Below are positions 1-10,903 of a DNA stretch of 64,000 nt, piece by piece. The position numbers and the translations under genes are program-made. Source of the stretch: a virus; the IMG/VR virus record IMGVR_UViG_3300002026_000045, positions 40,159-104,158 of that record, one strand, 5' to 3'. The notes under the pieces are model-generated. The model ran no database searches. It was not told where the DNA came from and saw only the letters and a list, made by a program, of their open reading frames with translations. Each line of letters starts with the position of its first letter. Position 1 is the first letter of the stretch.

Positions 1-344
1 TCTCATGGTTGCCCAGCACGAACAAAAAATAAAAAATGGGCCATTCATCAAGACCATATTATTCCACTGTCAATATTGCGGCAAGGAAAAGTCGTAAATA
101 AATGGTATGAAAATCGTCCACTATTTAAATTTTTAAATAGTGGCATAAATTTAGTTAGTGTGACAGCAAAATTTAATATTGATAAAAGTGATTTTATAAC
201 AGTAAACGGCAAAAAAATTGCCGCAAGCACAATAAGAAATAATTATGACATTATTGCTCATCTTATTAAGACATTACTTAACATTGACCCAACTTTAATT
301 ATTCAAGAAGATCAAAGTTATATAAAAGAATATTTTAATTTAAC

Positions 345-1064
345 TTAGTTTTTTACTTCAACTGTCTGTATATGAGCGACCCACCGGATTGTTTTCCCAG
401 TTTCGCCTTTAACCCAAATGCGTAATGCACCAGTTGAAACGTCAACATCAGCAGTAACGTCCCATAGAGGTGTATCTTCAGTAACTATTGTTTTGTTAAG
501 CTTGCCTATTAGTGCTACACTAGAGACAAATGGTCCACGGTCAACACCGCCACGCAAATCATACACTGCACCCTCTGATCCTGAGTCTGTGCGTCGTCCA
601 ATAATTGATATAGAAAATGAAGTAGTTGAATTGGCTGGTATTAAAAGCCTAGCCATGCTGCTGTTAAGAAATAATTCAGTAAATGATTGGGTTGTAGTTA
701 TATTACGAGCCACATAGCTACCAATTTGCGCATCACCAGAGGCCGTAAACACTCCAGCACTTTGAACAACTGAGCCTGGCGCATGAGCATACGCTCCGTT
801 TCCTAATGCTATTGCATCTTGTGCCCCAGATACAGGAAGCACAGTTGGGTTCCCATTTTCTGCATATAACTTGAGTGCTACCGAACCGCCGCCACTTGTG
901 GGAATAAAAATTGGACGGCCGTGAGGTGTAACACCGTCGCTAATTCTTAATTCACCTGTATCTTCGTGATAAAACAATCTCCCCTGGTCACCAACATATT
1001 CAGTCGCTGGTTTTTTAACACGGCTACTGAATATTTGATGAGTTATGTTTGGATCGTTAAACAT
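345..1064 (-). CDS. Putative virion/tail-fibre-associated structural protein
   Basis: N-terminal RLFYHEDTGELRISDGVT motif typical of phage fibre N-terminal domains; beta-rich C-terminus ending IRWVAHI. Confidence 0.5.
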   Translation of the reverse strand: MFNDPNITHQIFSSRVKKPATEYVGDQGRLFYHEDTGELRISDGVTPHGRPIFIPTSGGGSVALKLYAENGNPTVLPVSGAQDAIALGNGAYAHAPGSVVQSAGVFTASGDAQIGSYVARNITTTQSFTELFLNSSMARLLIPANSTTSFSISIIGRRTDSGSEGAVYDLRGGVDRGPFVSSVALIGKLNKTIVTEDTPLWDVTADVDVSTGALRIWVKGETGKTIRWVAHIQTVEVKN

Positions 1065-1067
1065 AAA

Positions 1068-1400
1068 TTACTCATCCATCGGACCATCATCAAACATCTC
1101 TGACATTGTTAATTGTTTCTTTAACTCGTCTGCTTGTGATGGATCAGTGCGTTGAGCTGGGCCACCTTGTTCTTGAGATTGTGACAACGTCTCATCTTTA
1201 AGTGGCACCCCAGATAATTTCTTCATCATTTCAATTTTTGCTTGCAATGGTGGGACAAATACATCATCGCGATCCATCGGATTTTCGTCGTCAGTAGTAT
1301 TAATTTGCTCAGATTCTGAATTATTTTGAAGTTTAGCGTCAATTTTCTGATCAATGAAATCAGACAGGTAACGCAAAAATTCTACTTCCATTAATGCCAT
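1068..1400 (-). CDS. Hypothetical acidic phage protein
   Basis: 110 aa ORF with AGGAG Shine-Dalgarno. Confidence 0.6.
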   Translation of the reverse strand: MALMEVEFLRYLSDFIDQKIDAKLQNNSESEQINTTDDENPMDRDDVFVPPLQAKIEMMKKLSGVPLKDETLSQSQEQGGPAQRTDPSQADELKKQLTMSEMFDDGPMDE

Positions 1401-1444
1401 TTAAATCTCCTAATGCTTTTGTATATTTAGCGCAAATGAAAAAA

Positions 1445-1912
1445 CTAAACTTTAAACAGATCTTGAGTTTTAAACCAAATAGACTGACTGTACATTTCAC
1501 CAAGTGGTATTCCAAATTCAGCTAGACGATCTTTGAATTTGTAAAAATCCCCAGTATGCAACAAAATATTGTCAAGCGGAGCCTCTTGCTGCTCCTTGGT
1601 ACACGAAATCCATTGGTGCTGATGCGACATTTCGTGTGCCAATATAAGTATAAACCATTGTATACAGTATAGAGTGTTAGAGATTTTTATCTTACCAGCC
1701 CCGTCATCCAACGCATGAAACCATCCCCATTCATTCATTGTTCGTAGATTTATTGGTAATGAGGGCAAAGTATTGTCAAATACTGCCTCGTTAAGTAACT
1801 GAAAAATTTCAGTTATTTGGTTACGGGTTGGACGGTAATTACCTCTCCGTTGCACAGTTTTGCTTGGCAACGGAGTTTGCATTAAGGAGAGTAGGGTAAG
1901 TGCTGGCGTCAC
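1445..1912 (-). CDS. SprT-like zinc metalloprotease
   Basis: LNEAVFDNTLP, LAHEMSH (HExxH) and HTGDF motifs. Confidence 0.75.
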   Translation of the reverse strand: MTPALTLLSLMQTPLPSKTVQRRGNYRPTRNQITEIFQLLNEAVFDNTLPSLPINLRTMNEWGWFHALDDGAGKIKISNTLYCIQWFILILAHEMSHQHQWISCTKEQQEAPLDNILLHTGDFYKFKDRLAEFGIPLGEMYSQSIWFKTQDLFKV

Positions 1913-2152
1913 TCATTATTTATAGATTCTACGGCCCAATCATGTTCCTCGCACATGCCATGTTTCTTTTCAAAAAATACAATAGTGCCCGGTTGAGCAG
2001 CACACCCCCAACCTATAGTGTCACAAATTCGACTTTTATAAGCTGAATTTTTATTCCAAGGATGCCCAACTATTTTAACTTGGTTTTTGCAGTTACAGCA
2101 GCAACGCCCTTCACTGTTGCCGTCGCCACTTGCCCAGCCATCAAAACATTTG

Positions 2153-2929
2153 TCAGAATTTACCACAATCAACCTCGACCAATTCAGCAGTGCCAGCATC
2201 AAGGTCAGCCTTTACTCCCATAACATAATCTTTTACTGCCATACGTTCTTCGTCAGTGCCGTAGAACGACAATTCCCACATGATGCCTTCAATTGCTTCT
2301 TGAAAAGAATATTCTCTGTCGCAGCTAACAAGCATTTTCAATTCGGATATCTCTTTACCTTTGTTCCATTCTTCTTGTATTTCAAACTGTTGGTTAAGTT
2401 TAATTGGCAATCCAAGCAAAGACACCAAATCGCTAAAATCAAGTCCCCATTGAATACGGGTTCCTTTTTTATACATTACCCAGTCGCTGCCGTCTTCTGT
2501 TTTATCTTCCTTAAGAATAAACCCTTTTCCATGGAAATCAGGGCGTCCAAGACCACTAATTGTAGTAACCCCTTCATAAGTGAACAAGTCAGCACCCCAA
2601 TACAATTCCAAAAATTCAATACCATCAGGATCGTATTCTTGTGTGAGCTTAATTTCGGTTTGATCAATTTTAGCCCAGCTTTTCAACAGTTGACTCACAA
2701 AGCAATTAGTAAATATGATGTCACTTACTTCTTTAGTTTTGTTCAAAAACAAAAACACGTCATTGAGAGTTACATCGTCATCAAACGAAACTGTTTGATC
2801 ACGTTTGTGTATCCATTGATAATCAGTGATGTCATGCTGCACGTACTGCCCAACACCTGCTTCCTCATCATACACCCAGTCATTGTAAATTACAATGCCA
2901 CCTTTTTTAAATTCTAACGATGTGCTCAT
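2153..2929 (-). CDS. Hypothetical protein
   Basis: 258 aa ORF, AAGGA SD, packed in the minus-strand operon. Confidence 0.65.
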   Translation of the reverse strand: MSTSLEFKKGGIVIYNDWVYDEEAGVGQYVQHDITDYQWIHKRDQTVSFDDDVTLNDVFLFLNKTKEVSDIIFTNCFVSQLLKSWAKIDQTEIKLTQEYDPDGIEFLELYWGADLFTYEGVTTISGLGRPDFHGKGFILKEDKTEDGSDWVMYKKGTRIQWGLDFSDLVSLLGLPIKLNQQFEIQEEWNKGKEISELKMLVSCDREYSFQEAIEGIMWELSFYGTDEERMAVKDYVMGVKADLDAGTAELVEVDCGKF

Positions 2930-2938
2930 TTTGTTCCT

Positions 2939-3487
2939 TTATTTTTCTGGAAATTTAACTTGATTATTGATTACTGGGAGACCATAATTGTTCAATGGTA
3001 CATGCATACCATAATAAGATCCATAGATGCTTGACCGCATTTCGCCGTTTGTAATTGCTTCTTTAGCACAGTGTATGCATACATAATGCCCATTCCAAGA
3101 ACCGTGCGTACAAAATCTCATTTGGTCAATTACACCTTCTGACATTCTAATACTTTTAAACGAAACTACTTTTTCCTTACATATATCACATGTATTTTTG
3201 ATGTTATAATTATCTTTGCGCTGAAACCCAATGAAGTCTTTCTTCTCTTGAATTTTATCAAGACGTTTTACTAAACACGATGGGCATACACATTTGCCAT
3301 ACCCAACTCCAACAGATGGCTTGTTTGTTGTTTTGTCATTCCAAATATCAAAATATGAAAACGGTAATTTAACACCGCAGTCAATACAACGTGGGGGCGT
3401 AATATGATATTTGAAATAATTTGATACGTTATGCCACCTATACCTGTACAACCAATTTGGTATGTCAATTGTAAAATTTACTTTCAT
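2939..3487 (-). CDS. Hypothetical protein with four CxxC pairs (zinc-binding)
   Basis: CIDC, CPSC, CDIC, CIHC. Confidence 0.6.
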   Translation of the reverse strand: MKVNFTIDIPNWLYRYRWHNVSNYFKYHITPPRCIDCGVKLPFSYFDIWNDKTTNKPSVGVGYGKCVCPSCLVKRLDKIQEKKDFIGFQRKDNYNIKNTCDICKEKVVSFKSIRMSEGVIDQMRFCTHGSWNGHYVCIHCAKEAITNGEMRSSIYGSYYGMHVPLNNYGLPVINNQVKFPEK

Positions 3488-4066
3488 TTATTTCAACCAT
3501 TTTTGTGTGATGCGCAATGCTCTTAACATTTCTATGCTTCCAAAGCCAGTGTCTGGATCAACTAACACAATGTTGTCTTCCATGTACCCATGATCTTGAT
3601 TCCAAAATTTGCTTGTATGGTCCAAACTAATCCCAGAATCTGGGTCATCTAAAATCATAAATCGTTTGATTTCAGGATGCCTCATAATCCATTCGTGAAT
3701 TTCTGATGCTCTTGCACAAAATGGTGTATACCCTGAGCTATAACAACCGTAAGTATTCCCTGACATAACAATTGTCTTCCAATCCTTATGTAAGGTAAGT
3801 GGTAGTCCGTTTTGCTCAAACAAATCGTAAAAACACGATTCTTTAGAGTAGTATTTTCTCCAAGATGAACTAATTACTACTTCAAAATCTCGTGTCTCGT
3901 GCAGCAAAATCCACAAGTGCTTAAACCGCTCACACATGTGCCAGTACGATAATGATTCACCCATTTCAAAGTCACCAGGGTATGGTTTACGCTGACTTGG
4001 ATGATATTGAATAACTGCGTCAGGGAAAGCAGGGCCGTCTAAATCTAAAAAAATAATGTTTGTCAT
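3488..4066 (-). CDS. HAD-family phosphatase (Swiss-Army-knife RNA-repair-type HAD)
   Basis: IFLDLDG, VVISSSWR, RASEIHEW, FMILDD. Confidence 0.8.
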   Translation of the reverse strand: MTNIIFLDLDGPAFPDAVIQYHPSQRKPYPGDFEMGESLSYWHMCERFKHLWILLHETRDFEVVISSSWRKYYSKESCFYDLFEQNGLPLTLHKDWKTIVMSGNTYGCYSSGYTPFCARASEIHEWIMRHPEIKRFMILDDPDSGISLDHTSKFWNQDHGYMEDNIVLVDPDTGFGSIEMLRALRITQKWLK

Positions 4067-4096
4067 ACGTCAAGTATAGCATAAAATTTTGTAAAT

Positions 4097-7043
4097 TCAA
4101 AGCCAATTGAGTGAAAACCATGCAGCATCTTTCTCATTTGTAAATGCTGCATACATTTGGTCTGTCCCGCCTATTTCGTTAAATTCGTCGTTACCGTTAT
4201 TGTTCCATGTTCGATGAATGTCAGTTCTGTAATGCCTAATATCATTATCTTTCATCCATTCGTCTAACGTCGAGTGAAATTTCCGGTAATTTTCATTGAA
4301 CAATGTTCCGATCTTGCTATCATACGGGCATTTAACAATAACAGCATATCCAACATAAAAGTGTTTGATATCATTTGCCCTACGATGTACTCTAGTGTCA
4401 TACGCCCAATTATACTCTTGCTCAGTCTTGAATCCGCGAATTTGCCATTCCTTTTTACCTAACAAGCGAAGTATAATTGACAGCATTATGTAGCCAATGC
4501 TCCCCACATATCCAATTTTTCTTTTGCTGCTTCAGCGCGAGCAAACGCTCTGTTTTTCTCTGCACGGGCAGAATCTAAATCACGATTTAAATGCCTTACT
4601 TGCGAGTCTAATTTCTCAATATGAGATTGTGTGTCAGCCAACAATTGAATTACTGTTCTATTTTCAAGACGTGTAATTTCTTTTTGCATTTCGTCCATTG
4701 TTGCTTCATTTTCAGAAAGTTGCATTTCATTAGCGTCTAATCTTTCTTTAGCAACATCTAAATCGTCACCGAACACTAATCTATATGCCGCAGCATCCGC
4801 GGCCATATCTATTAGCCTTGCCACAATGGGATTAGAGTGTAAGTTGTTTATCCACAAATATTGTATAAATTCAGAATCTGACAATTTGCATTGACTCATT
4901 GACATGTTAGCTTCTCCATCGCAAGGTAGCTAGCGTTGCATCTGCTGGTGATCTAACAAACAAATTAACGTACCTGTGGCTAGTTACTAAGAAAGGAGTT
5001 TTGACTGCCCATTTCTTTTTACGCTTTTGGTTGTGCAGACCTTTTGGAATTGCTGGTCCGATATTGTCAACACACCAAGTGATTACGCGATCACGGCACT
5101 GATTGATAGACTCATCGTTCACTCTTACTTCTATTTTAATCATTAGTTGCAATCATTTTCTGTTAAAATCTAATTCCGTTGGTTCGCATTGCAGCAAATG
5201 TGAGTCAATTGGTGTAGGGTAATCCACTAAGTACACTCTAAGTCTATACCCAGACAACCCAACATGATCAACTGTATAGATATTTCCGTTGTATTGAACT
5301 TGCGTTCCAGGGCGAAATATTTGCATATACATTAGCGGGATCTTTCTGTCAGTGTTCATCTTTTGCGTACAAATAAAATACAGTTAAGTATTTATTGTAT
5401 GCTTCTGCAACAGCAGTGCTGATTTCACGAGCCTTAACATGTTTGTCGTGTTCTTCAACAATGGCTGACAATTGTTGAAGATTTGCGAGCGGCAACTCTG
5501 CTGACACAGTTGACGGCTCAGTTACAACGGCATGGTAAGAGCTCCCATACCCAGTTAAAACAGGCGTTGACTTAGGGTAAGATATATTTACGGAAATAAA
5601 GTATTTCCTGCAAAACTTGTCCACTGGTGGTTCAACGAGATGACTCATTTAATAATCCTGAAACTCTATTTGCAAAATCAATAACGCCATCCATGTTTTC
5701 AGCAATTGCATCATACCCATGCATGTATGCATTATTGTATGCTTGTTCATAGCAAAGCTTAAACAGATCAGGGCGCAACTCATTATACTCTAACAGCATA
5801 GAGTCAAACCATATAGTTGCGGCTGCCATCGCCAAAGATTCTTGCTCTTGCTTAAATTTTTCTGCTGCTTCTTCTGTAATAGGATCAGCAACTTTTTCAA
5901 ACATTTTAGAATGAAGTATTGCTTCTTCCTCAGACTCAAATCTAGTTGCTTGCCCATCTCTGTAAGCATACCATGAATATGATACAGGTGGGGGCTCAGC
6001 ACACTCGACATAGTTTGCTTTATTGCAAGCTTCTTCCCACGTAATCATTGACCTGCCCTAACTAACGCAAGTAGAATATCAAACTTCTCTTTTGCATCCT
6101 TTAACCCAGGATGATTATTGCAAAGTTCTGTCAGTTTAGCTTCTTCAACCATTTTTTCTTTAACCCACGCAATAGCAGCACGAGTATCAGCATCAAGTTG
6201 AACCATTTGTGATGTGGTGTAATTAGTTGATACCACACCAGTGTGATCAACTATTTTAACTGCGTTAATACTGCCATCCCACACCATTGTTCCAGACAAT
6301 GCCGGCAAGGTTGTATAAGTCGCATGCTCCATTCCTGCCCCAGTGATAATAGTGTTAATCATAGTTTGTTTGATCAATACGAGATGGAGAGAATTCCTGT
6401 TTGTAAAAATCTACAAACTCTTGCATTTCTTTAATAATAGTAACTACATCATTTTTTGTCAAAAATATTCGATTGCTAATCTTATCATCACCATCTACAT
6501 TAGCAAAATCAATATATGGCATATTTGTGCATGCCCATTTGATTCTAAACTCTCTGTCTTTACTTAGCTTAGTCATCATTATGTTCACACACTACTTCAA
6601 CTGTGCCGTCAAAAATGTAACCAACTCCGCGCAGCCATTCTTCAAATCGTGGCAGCAATTCATCCCATGTTTGCTCACCAACAATTGTGTGTTTAATTTC
6701 ACGACCTGGCCCAAAGTTATCTGTTTCGGTGTCAGTCATAATAAATTCGTATTTAATTGTCATTTGTGATCTCCGGTGTATTGCGCAATGCTTCCATAAT
6801 TCTAACTTCTTCCTCGTATTTTTCTTTGAGTGTTCGAACTACAATAAGCGCGTCCCTGGCTACGGTAGCACAAGAATCAGCACGACCATATTCTCCATAA
6901 AGCACAATGTCACCCAACGCATTGATTGCGTGGGCGACAGCTTCTTCAAGTGGGGGGCCTGTATTTTGCTCAGCTTCTTCTTCTGGAGTTTCTTGGTTCA
7001 TTTTCTCCAAGATATCCTTCATTTTATCTAGCATGTCACTCAT
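4097..7043 (-). other. Cluster of about 10 small hypothetical phage genes
   Basis: Tightly abutting minus-strand ORFs (4097-4507, 4486-4905, 4907-5152, 5153-5359, 5349-5648, 5632-6048, 6045-6377, 6355-6588, 6569-6763, 6753-7043). Confidence 0.6.
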
Positions 7044-7112
7044 TTTTTACCTTCCAGTGTAATAAACAATACACAGTATACGTTATATCTAAAGTAACTG
7101 CAACTTATTTGA

Positions 7113-7424
7113 TTAAACTTGGATGTTTACTATTGCACTTTGTTCTTGCTGTTGTTTAATAAAACGCTGCACATCTTTATATATTTGCAAGGATGCTTCA
7201 GATGGAATTTGAAGTTCAACTTCATGAGTTACCGAATTTGTGTACTTCATTACAGTAACCGGAGGGTCTTTACTCATTTCATAAGTTCTATTAATTTGAG
7301 CAGGCGACCGATTTATGTCAGGCGACACTTTTTCAACTGCCAACGTTGCTGGTGACAGTTTATTGATTATGTGATTAACTAATGTTGCTGCATTTGGTGC
7401 AGTAGGTATTTGGTTTAATTGCAT
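7113..7424 (-). CDS. flaG: FlaG-like flagellar protein
   Basis: VMKYTNSVTHEVELQIPSEASLQI resembles the FlaG core (VkvvD..TgEvIRQIP.Ee.l); lies directly downstream of flagellin; GGAGG SD. Confidence 0.7.
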   Translation of the reverse strand: MQLNQIPTAPNAATLVNHIINKLSPATLAVEKVSPDINRSPAQINRTYEMSKDPPVTVMKYTNSVTHEVELQIPSEASLQIYKDVQRFIKQQQEQSAIVNIQV

Positions 7425-7443
7425 GTTGCACCTCCATTAAATT

Positions 7444-7466
7444 AGTGGCCAGTAATACTGGCCACT
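7444..7466. terminator. Strong stem-loop between fliC and flaG
   Basis: AGTGGCCAGT-AAT-ACTGGCCACT, perfect 10 bp stem; no U tract on the minus strand. Confidence 0.5.
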
Positions 7467-7471
7467 TTTAC

Positions 7472-8293
7472 TTATCTAATTAAACTAAGCAAATATTGTG
7501 GGAATTGATTGACAATTCCTAACGTAGACGACATGAGTTGTTGCCTGCTTTGTAGCAATGACAATTGATTTGACAATTCTGCAACATCAGCGTCCTCAAT
7601 TGAAGAAATTGAACTCTTTAGTGAGAGCTGAGTTGTAGCAACATTTTCAGCAGTCTTTTTCAATCCTGAAATCTGAGAGCCAATAATTGCCTGGTTTGTT
7701 CCAACAGTAGCAGAGGCAGTGTCAAGAGCAGTCATTGCGGCAGCCGCTTTTGTCGCGTCAGTAAGATCGATTGTGGCAGCATCAATATTCAAAGTAGCGC
7801 CGTCTGATTTTGCAGTAGCAATTGTTCTTGTATCACCAGAGTTGATGCCAGTTTGAATGTCTACGGATGCAGCCGCAGCACCAATTAAATTTTGACCAAA
7901 CAATTTTGCACTGTTAGCAGTATTGTCTAATTGTTTTTGCAGTTCAGCAAAAGAACTTTGCAGTGCTGTGCGTTGATCTGCAGATAACAACGATGATGAT
8001 GCTTGCGTAGCCAAATCCTTCATCTGTGTAATGATAGACTGCTGGGAGTCTAATGCGCCGTCAGCAACAGACAATAACGATTGTCCTGCACTAATATTCT
8101 TAGTTACAGCATTGTAACTTGATTGCTGCATTTTAAGAGATGACAAGATAGCCATACCTGCAGGGTCGTCAGATGCAGACAAAATACGCTTGCCAGAACT
8201 AATCTGTGCAGATACTTTTTGTAATTGAGTAGCGTTGTCGTTTAAATTGCGAGCAATAGACGAAGCTAATGTGTTGGAGTTTAGTGATAACAT
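7472..8293 (-). CDS. fliC: Flagellin (minimal D0/D1 type, 273 aa)
   Basis: SSGKRILSASDDPAG, MKDLATQA, IQTGIN, IEDADVAE and NQFPQYLLSLIR flagellin N- and C-terminal signatures. Confidence 0.92.
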   Translation of the reverse strand: MLSLNSNTLASSIARNLNDNATQLQKVSAQISSGKRILSASDDPAGMAILSSLKMQQSSYNAVTKNISAGQSLLSVADGALDSQQSIITQMKDLATQASSSLLSADQRTALQSSFAELQKQLDNTANSAKLFGQNLIGAAAASVDIQTGINSGDTRTIATAKSDGATLNIDAATIDLTDATKAAAAMTALDTASATVGTNQAIIGSQISGLKKTAENVATTQLSLKSSISSIEDADVAELSNQLSLLQSRQQLMSSTLGIVNQFPQYLLSLIR

Positions 8294-8380
8294 GATGGTT
8301 CCTTTAATATAAGAAACCGCATAGTTAAATGTGGCGGATTATTACATCCTAATTGATAACAGAAGTTACTCTGTTAAAAA

Positions 8381-8388
8381 TATTTATC
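8381..8388 (-). promoter_or_regulatory. T4-like late promoter upstream of fliC
   Basis: GATAAATA overlapping the stop of the upstream gene; same motif precedes many late genes in the window. Confidence 0.55.
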
Positions 8389-8710
8389 CTTCTAATGACA
8401 ATACTGTAGAAATAAAACCAATTTCGTCATTAAAAGTTATTGGTGACTGATGAATTAACACTTTGGCAGTCGCTACCTTAACGAGCAACTTTGTAAAAAA
8501 TTTGCTGAATATTGCAAATTCATCTGGTGGCAATGATTCGTTTAAATTGTCGCATACATACTCTAATACCTCAGCAATGTTGGCTAATGACGACAATCTA
8601 ACTGCTTTGGAATTGGATGTAGTCTGAGCAATAAGCAAATGCTTTTTAATTCCAACAAACAATTGATTAGACAATTGTTGTTTGGACATTTGTTCTTGGT
8701 ACGCAATCAT
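8384..8710 (-). CDS. fliS: FliS-like flagellin chaperone (divergent)
   Basis: Helical 108 aa; AYQEQ...QLF.G..KHL..A...L.NI.EVL..V..NL...F...L..A...EI pattern fits FliS; adjacent to flagellin. Confidence 0.55.
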   Translation of the reverse strand: MIAYQEQMSKQQLSNQLFVGIKKHLLIAQTTSNSKAVRLSSLANIAEVLEYVCDNLNESLPPDEFAIFSKFFTKLLVKVATAKVLIHQSPITFNDEIGFISTVLSLEG

Positions 8711-9294
8711 AAATTTGCTTCTTCTTCTTGTGTTAAGTAATACCCTTTTTCTTCAGCATGGGTATCGCACAACGTTCGTATCCAGCCGCCGCCTCTACTA
8801 CGACCTACTGCGCCACAAATTTCGCAAGTCACAGATGACATTGATTCAGCCATTGAGATTAGCCCGTCAGTGAACTCGTTGCCACCGCTAACATAAAACC
8901 GCAATGCACCAAATTTCTCTTTGACTTGTGACACTACTACCTGCTCAACAACTGGTCTAATTTGTGTATCTGGCGCACGTAATAGTAGCTCTTTTTTATA
9001 TTTCTCTAACGTAGACGGAGGTAATGATAGGTCAGCATAATACTCATTAAATGGCCCCCAATCACCTGCTACCGCTGATGCTCTGCGATGCTCTGTTGCA
9101 AGATCATATGCGTTAGATTTTACACTTGAGTCAATGTGCCATTGAATATTGCTGCATAGCTTGTCAATGATATGATACCAACCATCTTCACAATCAAACC
9201 CCCAGCACATACACGTTTCTGTCATGTCTGCATGGCGATTTTTAAAAAGCAATGGATATTTTGTGCAAAGTTTATTATCTAATTCTGGGCTCAT
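8707..9294 (-). CDS. Conserved phage hypothetical protein
   Basis: GFDCEDGWY, QVKEKFGALRFY, CEICG motifs. Confidence 0.7.
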   Translation of the reverse strand: MSPELDNKLCTKYPLLFKNRHADMTETCMCWGFDCEDGWYHIIDKLCSNIQWHIDSSVKSNAYDLATEHRRASAVAGDWGPFNEYYADLSLPPSTLEKYKKELLLRAPDTQIRPVVEQVVVSQVKEKFGALRFYVSGGNEFTDGLISMAESMSSVTCEICGAVGRSRGGGWIRTLCDTHAEEKGYYLTQEEEANL

Positions 9295-9598
9295 ATTGTT
9301 TACCTGTTATTTACAGTTTAACTAATTGTGCAATAATTTGCAACTTATTCGAACTCATCTGGATACACAATAGCAGAGGGTAAGGCAAGTCTGAATAAAA
9401 TTGCAACATCTGGGTCTTTAATCCAAAACATATACATGTTACCGTATGCTTTTGCCCACCATTTCATAGAGGACTTATATGGCCAGGCTGGCGGCGATGA
9501 CCACAATTTCCCTTTGCCAATATTTTCACGCAACCATCTAGCGCCTTCCATGTACTGAATTAAACTATGCAGTATAATAGGCGGAATCTTTTTGGTAC

Positions 9599-9838
9599 TC
9601 ATAAAAATTTCTCATCTGGATCAGCGAACGGGCACTCAAACATAAACCCTTGGAACTTATCTCCCCAGCCAGCAGCCGTATGCTTTAAATCTGATTTAGT
9701 AGGATAGTGGCGCAAAAGTGACGCGGCACGATGCCTAATATGTTTAGGCAGTCCAGGCGTCACTTTAGAGTCTGCTAAGTTCTTTAAGAAAATTTCAGTC
9801 TCTATAACTGCATTTGATCGTTCAAACGGTAGAGTCAT
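9599..9838 (-). CDS. BPSL0761-like protein
   Basis: MTLPFERSNAV ... LLRHYP. Confidence 0.6.
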   Translation of the reverse strand: MTLPFERSNAVIETEIFLKNLADSKVTPGLPKHIRHRAASLLRHYPTKSDLKHTAAGWGDKFQGFMFECPFADPDEKFL

Positions 9839-10244
9839 ATCCCCACCCGTTGGCTTTTATTAGCTTAGACTTAACTCTGACATTAGGCTGCCTATGCTTT
9901 TTAGTGTCAGTAAATCCCATCATAACGCCAACCTCTGCGACTGCGCCGCTGCGGCACAACCCTGCGTGACAGTGCACGACGACATTCATGTCTTTTTCTA
10001 GTGCATGCTTCAGCAATCTCACAATCTCAACTGCTTGTGCATCTTGAATCTTTGTTTCGTCTGGAAATTCACACTCGTTTTCCGCGTCAAGAAATTCAAA
10101 GTGATGGACTTCCCTAAACTGGTTGTATGGATTAATTACCCACCCTGCTGGGTCGGTAATTTGAATAAGCATGCTATTATCACCAGCGTCTTTGTGACAA
10201 CCATTGGCAACATCTGCTGCCGCAACATTTTGTATCCAGGCCAT
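9822..10244 (-). CDS. Protein tyrosine/dual-specificity phosphatase
   Basis: VHCHAGLCRS (HCx5R) and FEFLD; start placed at MAWIQN. Confidence 0.85.
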   Translation of the reverse strand: MAWIQNVAAADVANGCHKDAGDNSMLIQITDPAGWVINPYNQFREVHHFEFLDAENECEFPDETKIQDAQAVEIVRLLKHALEKDMNVVVHCHAGLCRSGAVAEVGVMMGFTDTKKHRQPNVRVKSKLIKANGWGYDSTV

Positions 10245-10903
10245 TATGCAAACTCCACTTGTTGATCTGAGATAAGATTCCAAACTTCTAATTTATAATG
10301 CTCATCTGCCATTGCTGGAAAATCTGCTGCAAATAACTCGATACTGTAGTTATAGTTTCTCCCGTTACCGCTACCGCCACTACCAGTTTGTACAATTGTG
10401 CTGTCAAAGTAGTCAGAGCCACTACCATCGTATGGTCGAGGAACTTTGTGATCGCTATACCCTGCATCAATTTGAAACTTAATTTGCCCTCTCCAACCTG
10501 GGTAACCAGTTGGTGTACCAGGTGGTGAACGGCGAGGGTCCCAATTAGTTACCCCGTTTCGGGGGCATCTATGACTGTTGCTTACGCTGTCACTCCAATG
10601 CGCAGTTATAGCAATTGCTACTAATTTGTGGGCCGTGTCCCTTGCTTTACGCCATGTGTTATGCGCAGCACCATTTGCCGCAAACCATTTCCAGTTGTCT
10701 TTAATAAACTGCTCTAAGTTGGCAATACTTGTCACAGTGTTGCCCATATCAATCATAAACTGATTTCGTTCTGCGTTAACTTTTGCGATTTTTCGATCGT
10801 CAGAACGGAATTCAGCAAGTTTACGCAAGTGTTTTAGGTACTTGCTTTTATCTTCAAACAGTTTACCGTCTGTATCACTTTTCCAAACTAATACTTGGCT
10901 CAT
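10244..10903 (-). CDS. Hypothetical phage protein
   Basis: 219 aa ORF with SNSHRCP and GYPGWRG motifs. Confidence 0.65.
   Translation of the reverse strand: MSQVLVWKSDTDGKLFEDKSKYLKHLRKLAEFRSDDRKIAKVNAERNQFMIDMGNTVTSIANLEQFIKDNWKWFAANGAAHNTWRKARDTAHKLVAIAITAHWSDSVSNSHRCPRNGVTNWDPRRSPPGTPTGYPGWRGQIKFQIDAGYSDHKVPRPYDGSGSDYFDSTIVQTGSGGSGNGRNYNYSIELFAADFPAMADEHYKLEVWNLISDQQVEFA

Noticed and set aside
2087-2917. Long plus-strand ORFs (also 21728-22321, 40434-41033, 60778-61362)
   Set aside because: Antisense shadows of well-supported minus-strand genes
8294-8400. sigma28 promoter for flagellin
   Set aside because: No TAAA-N15-GCCGATAA match seen in the intergenic region
7113-8710. Bacterial chromosome or prophage boundary at the flagellin genes
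   Set aside because: Flanked by and overlapping phage genes, similar composition, phage-type promoter, no fliD or other flagellar genes
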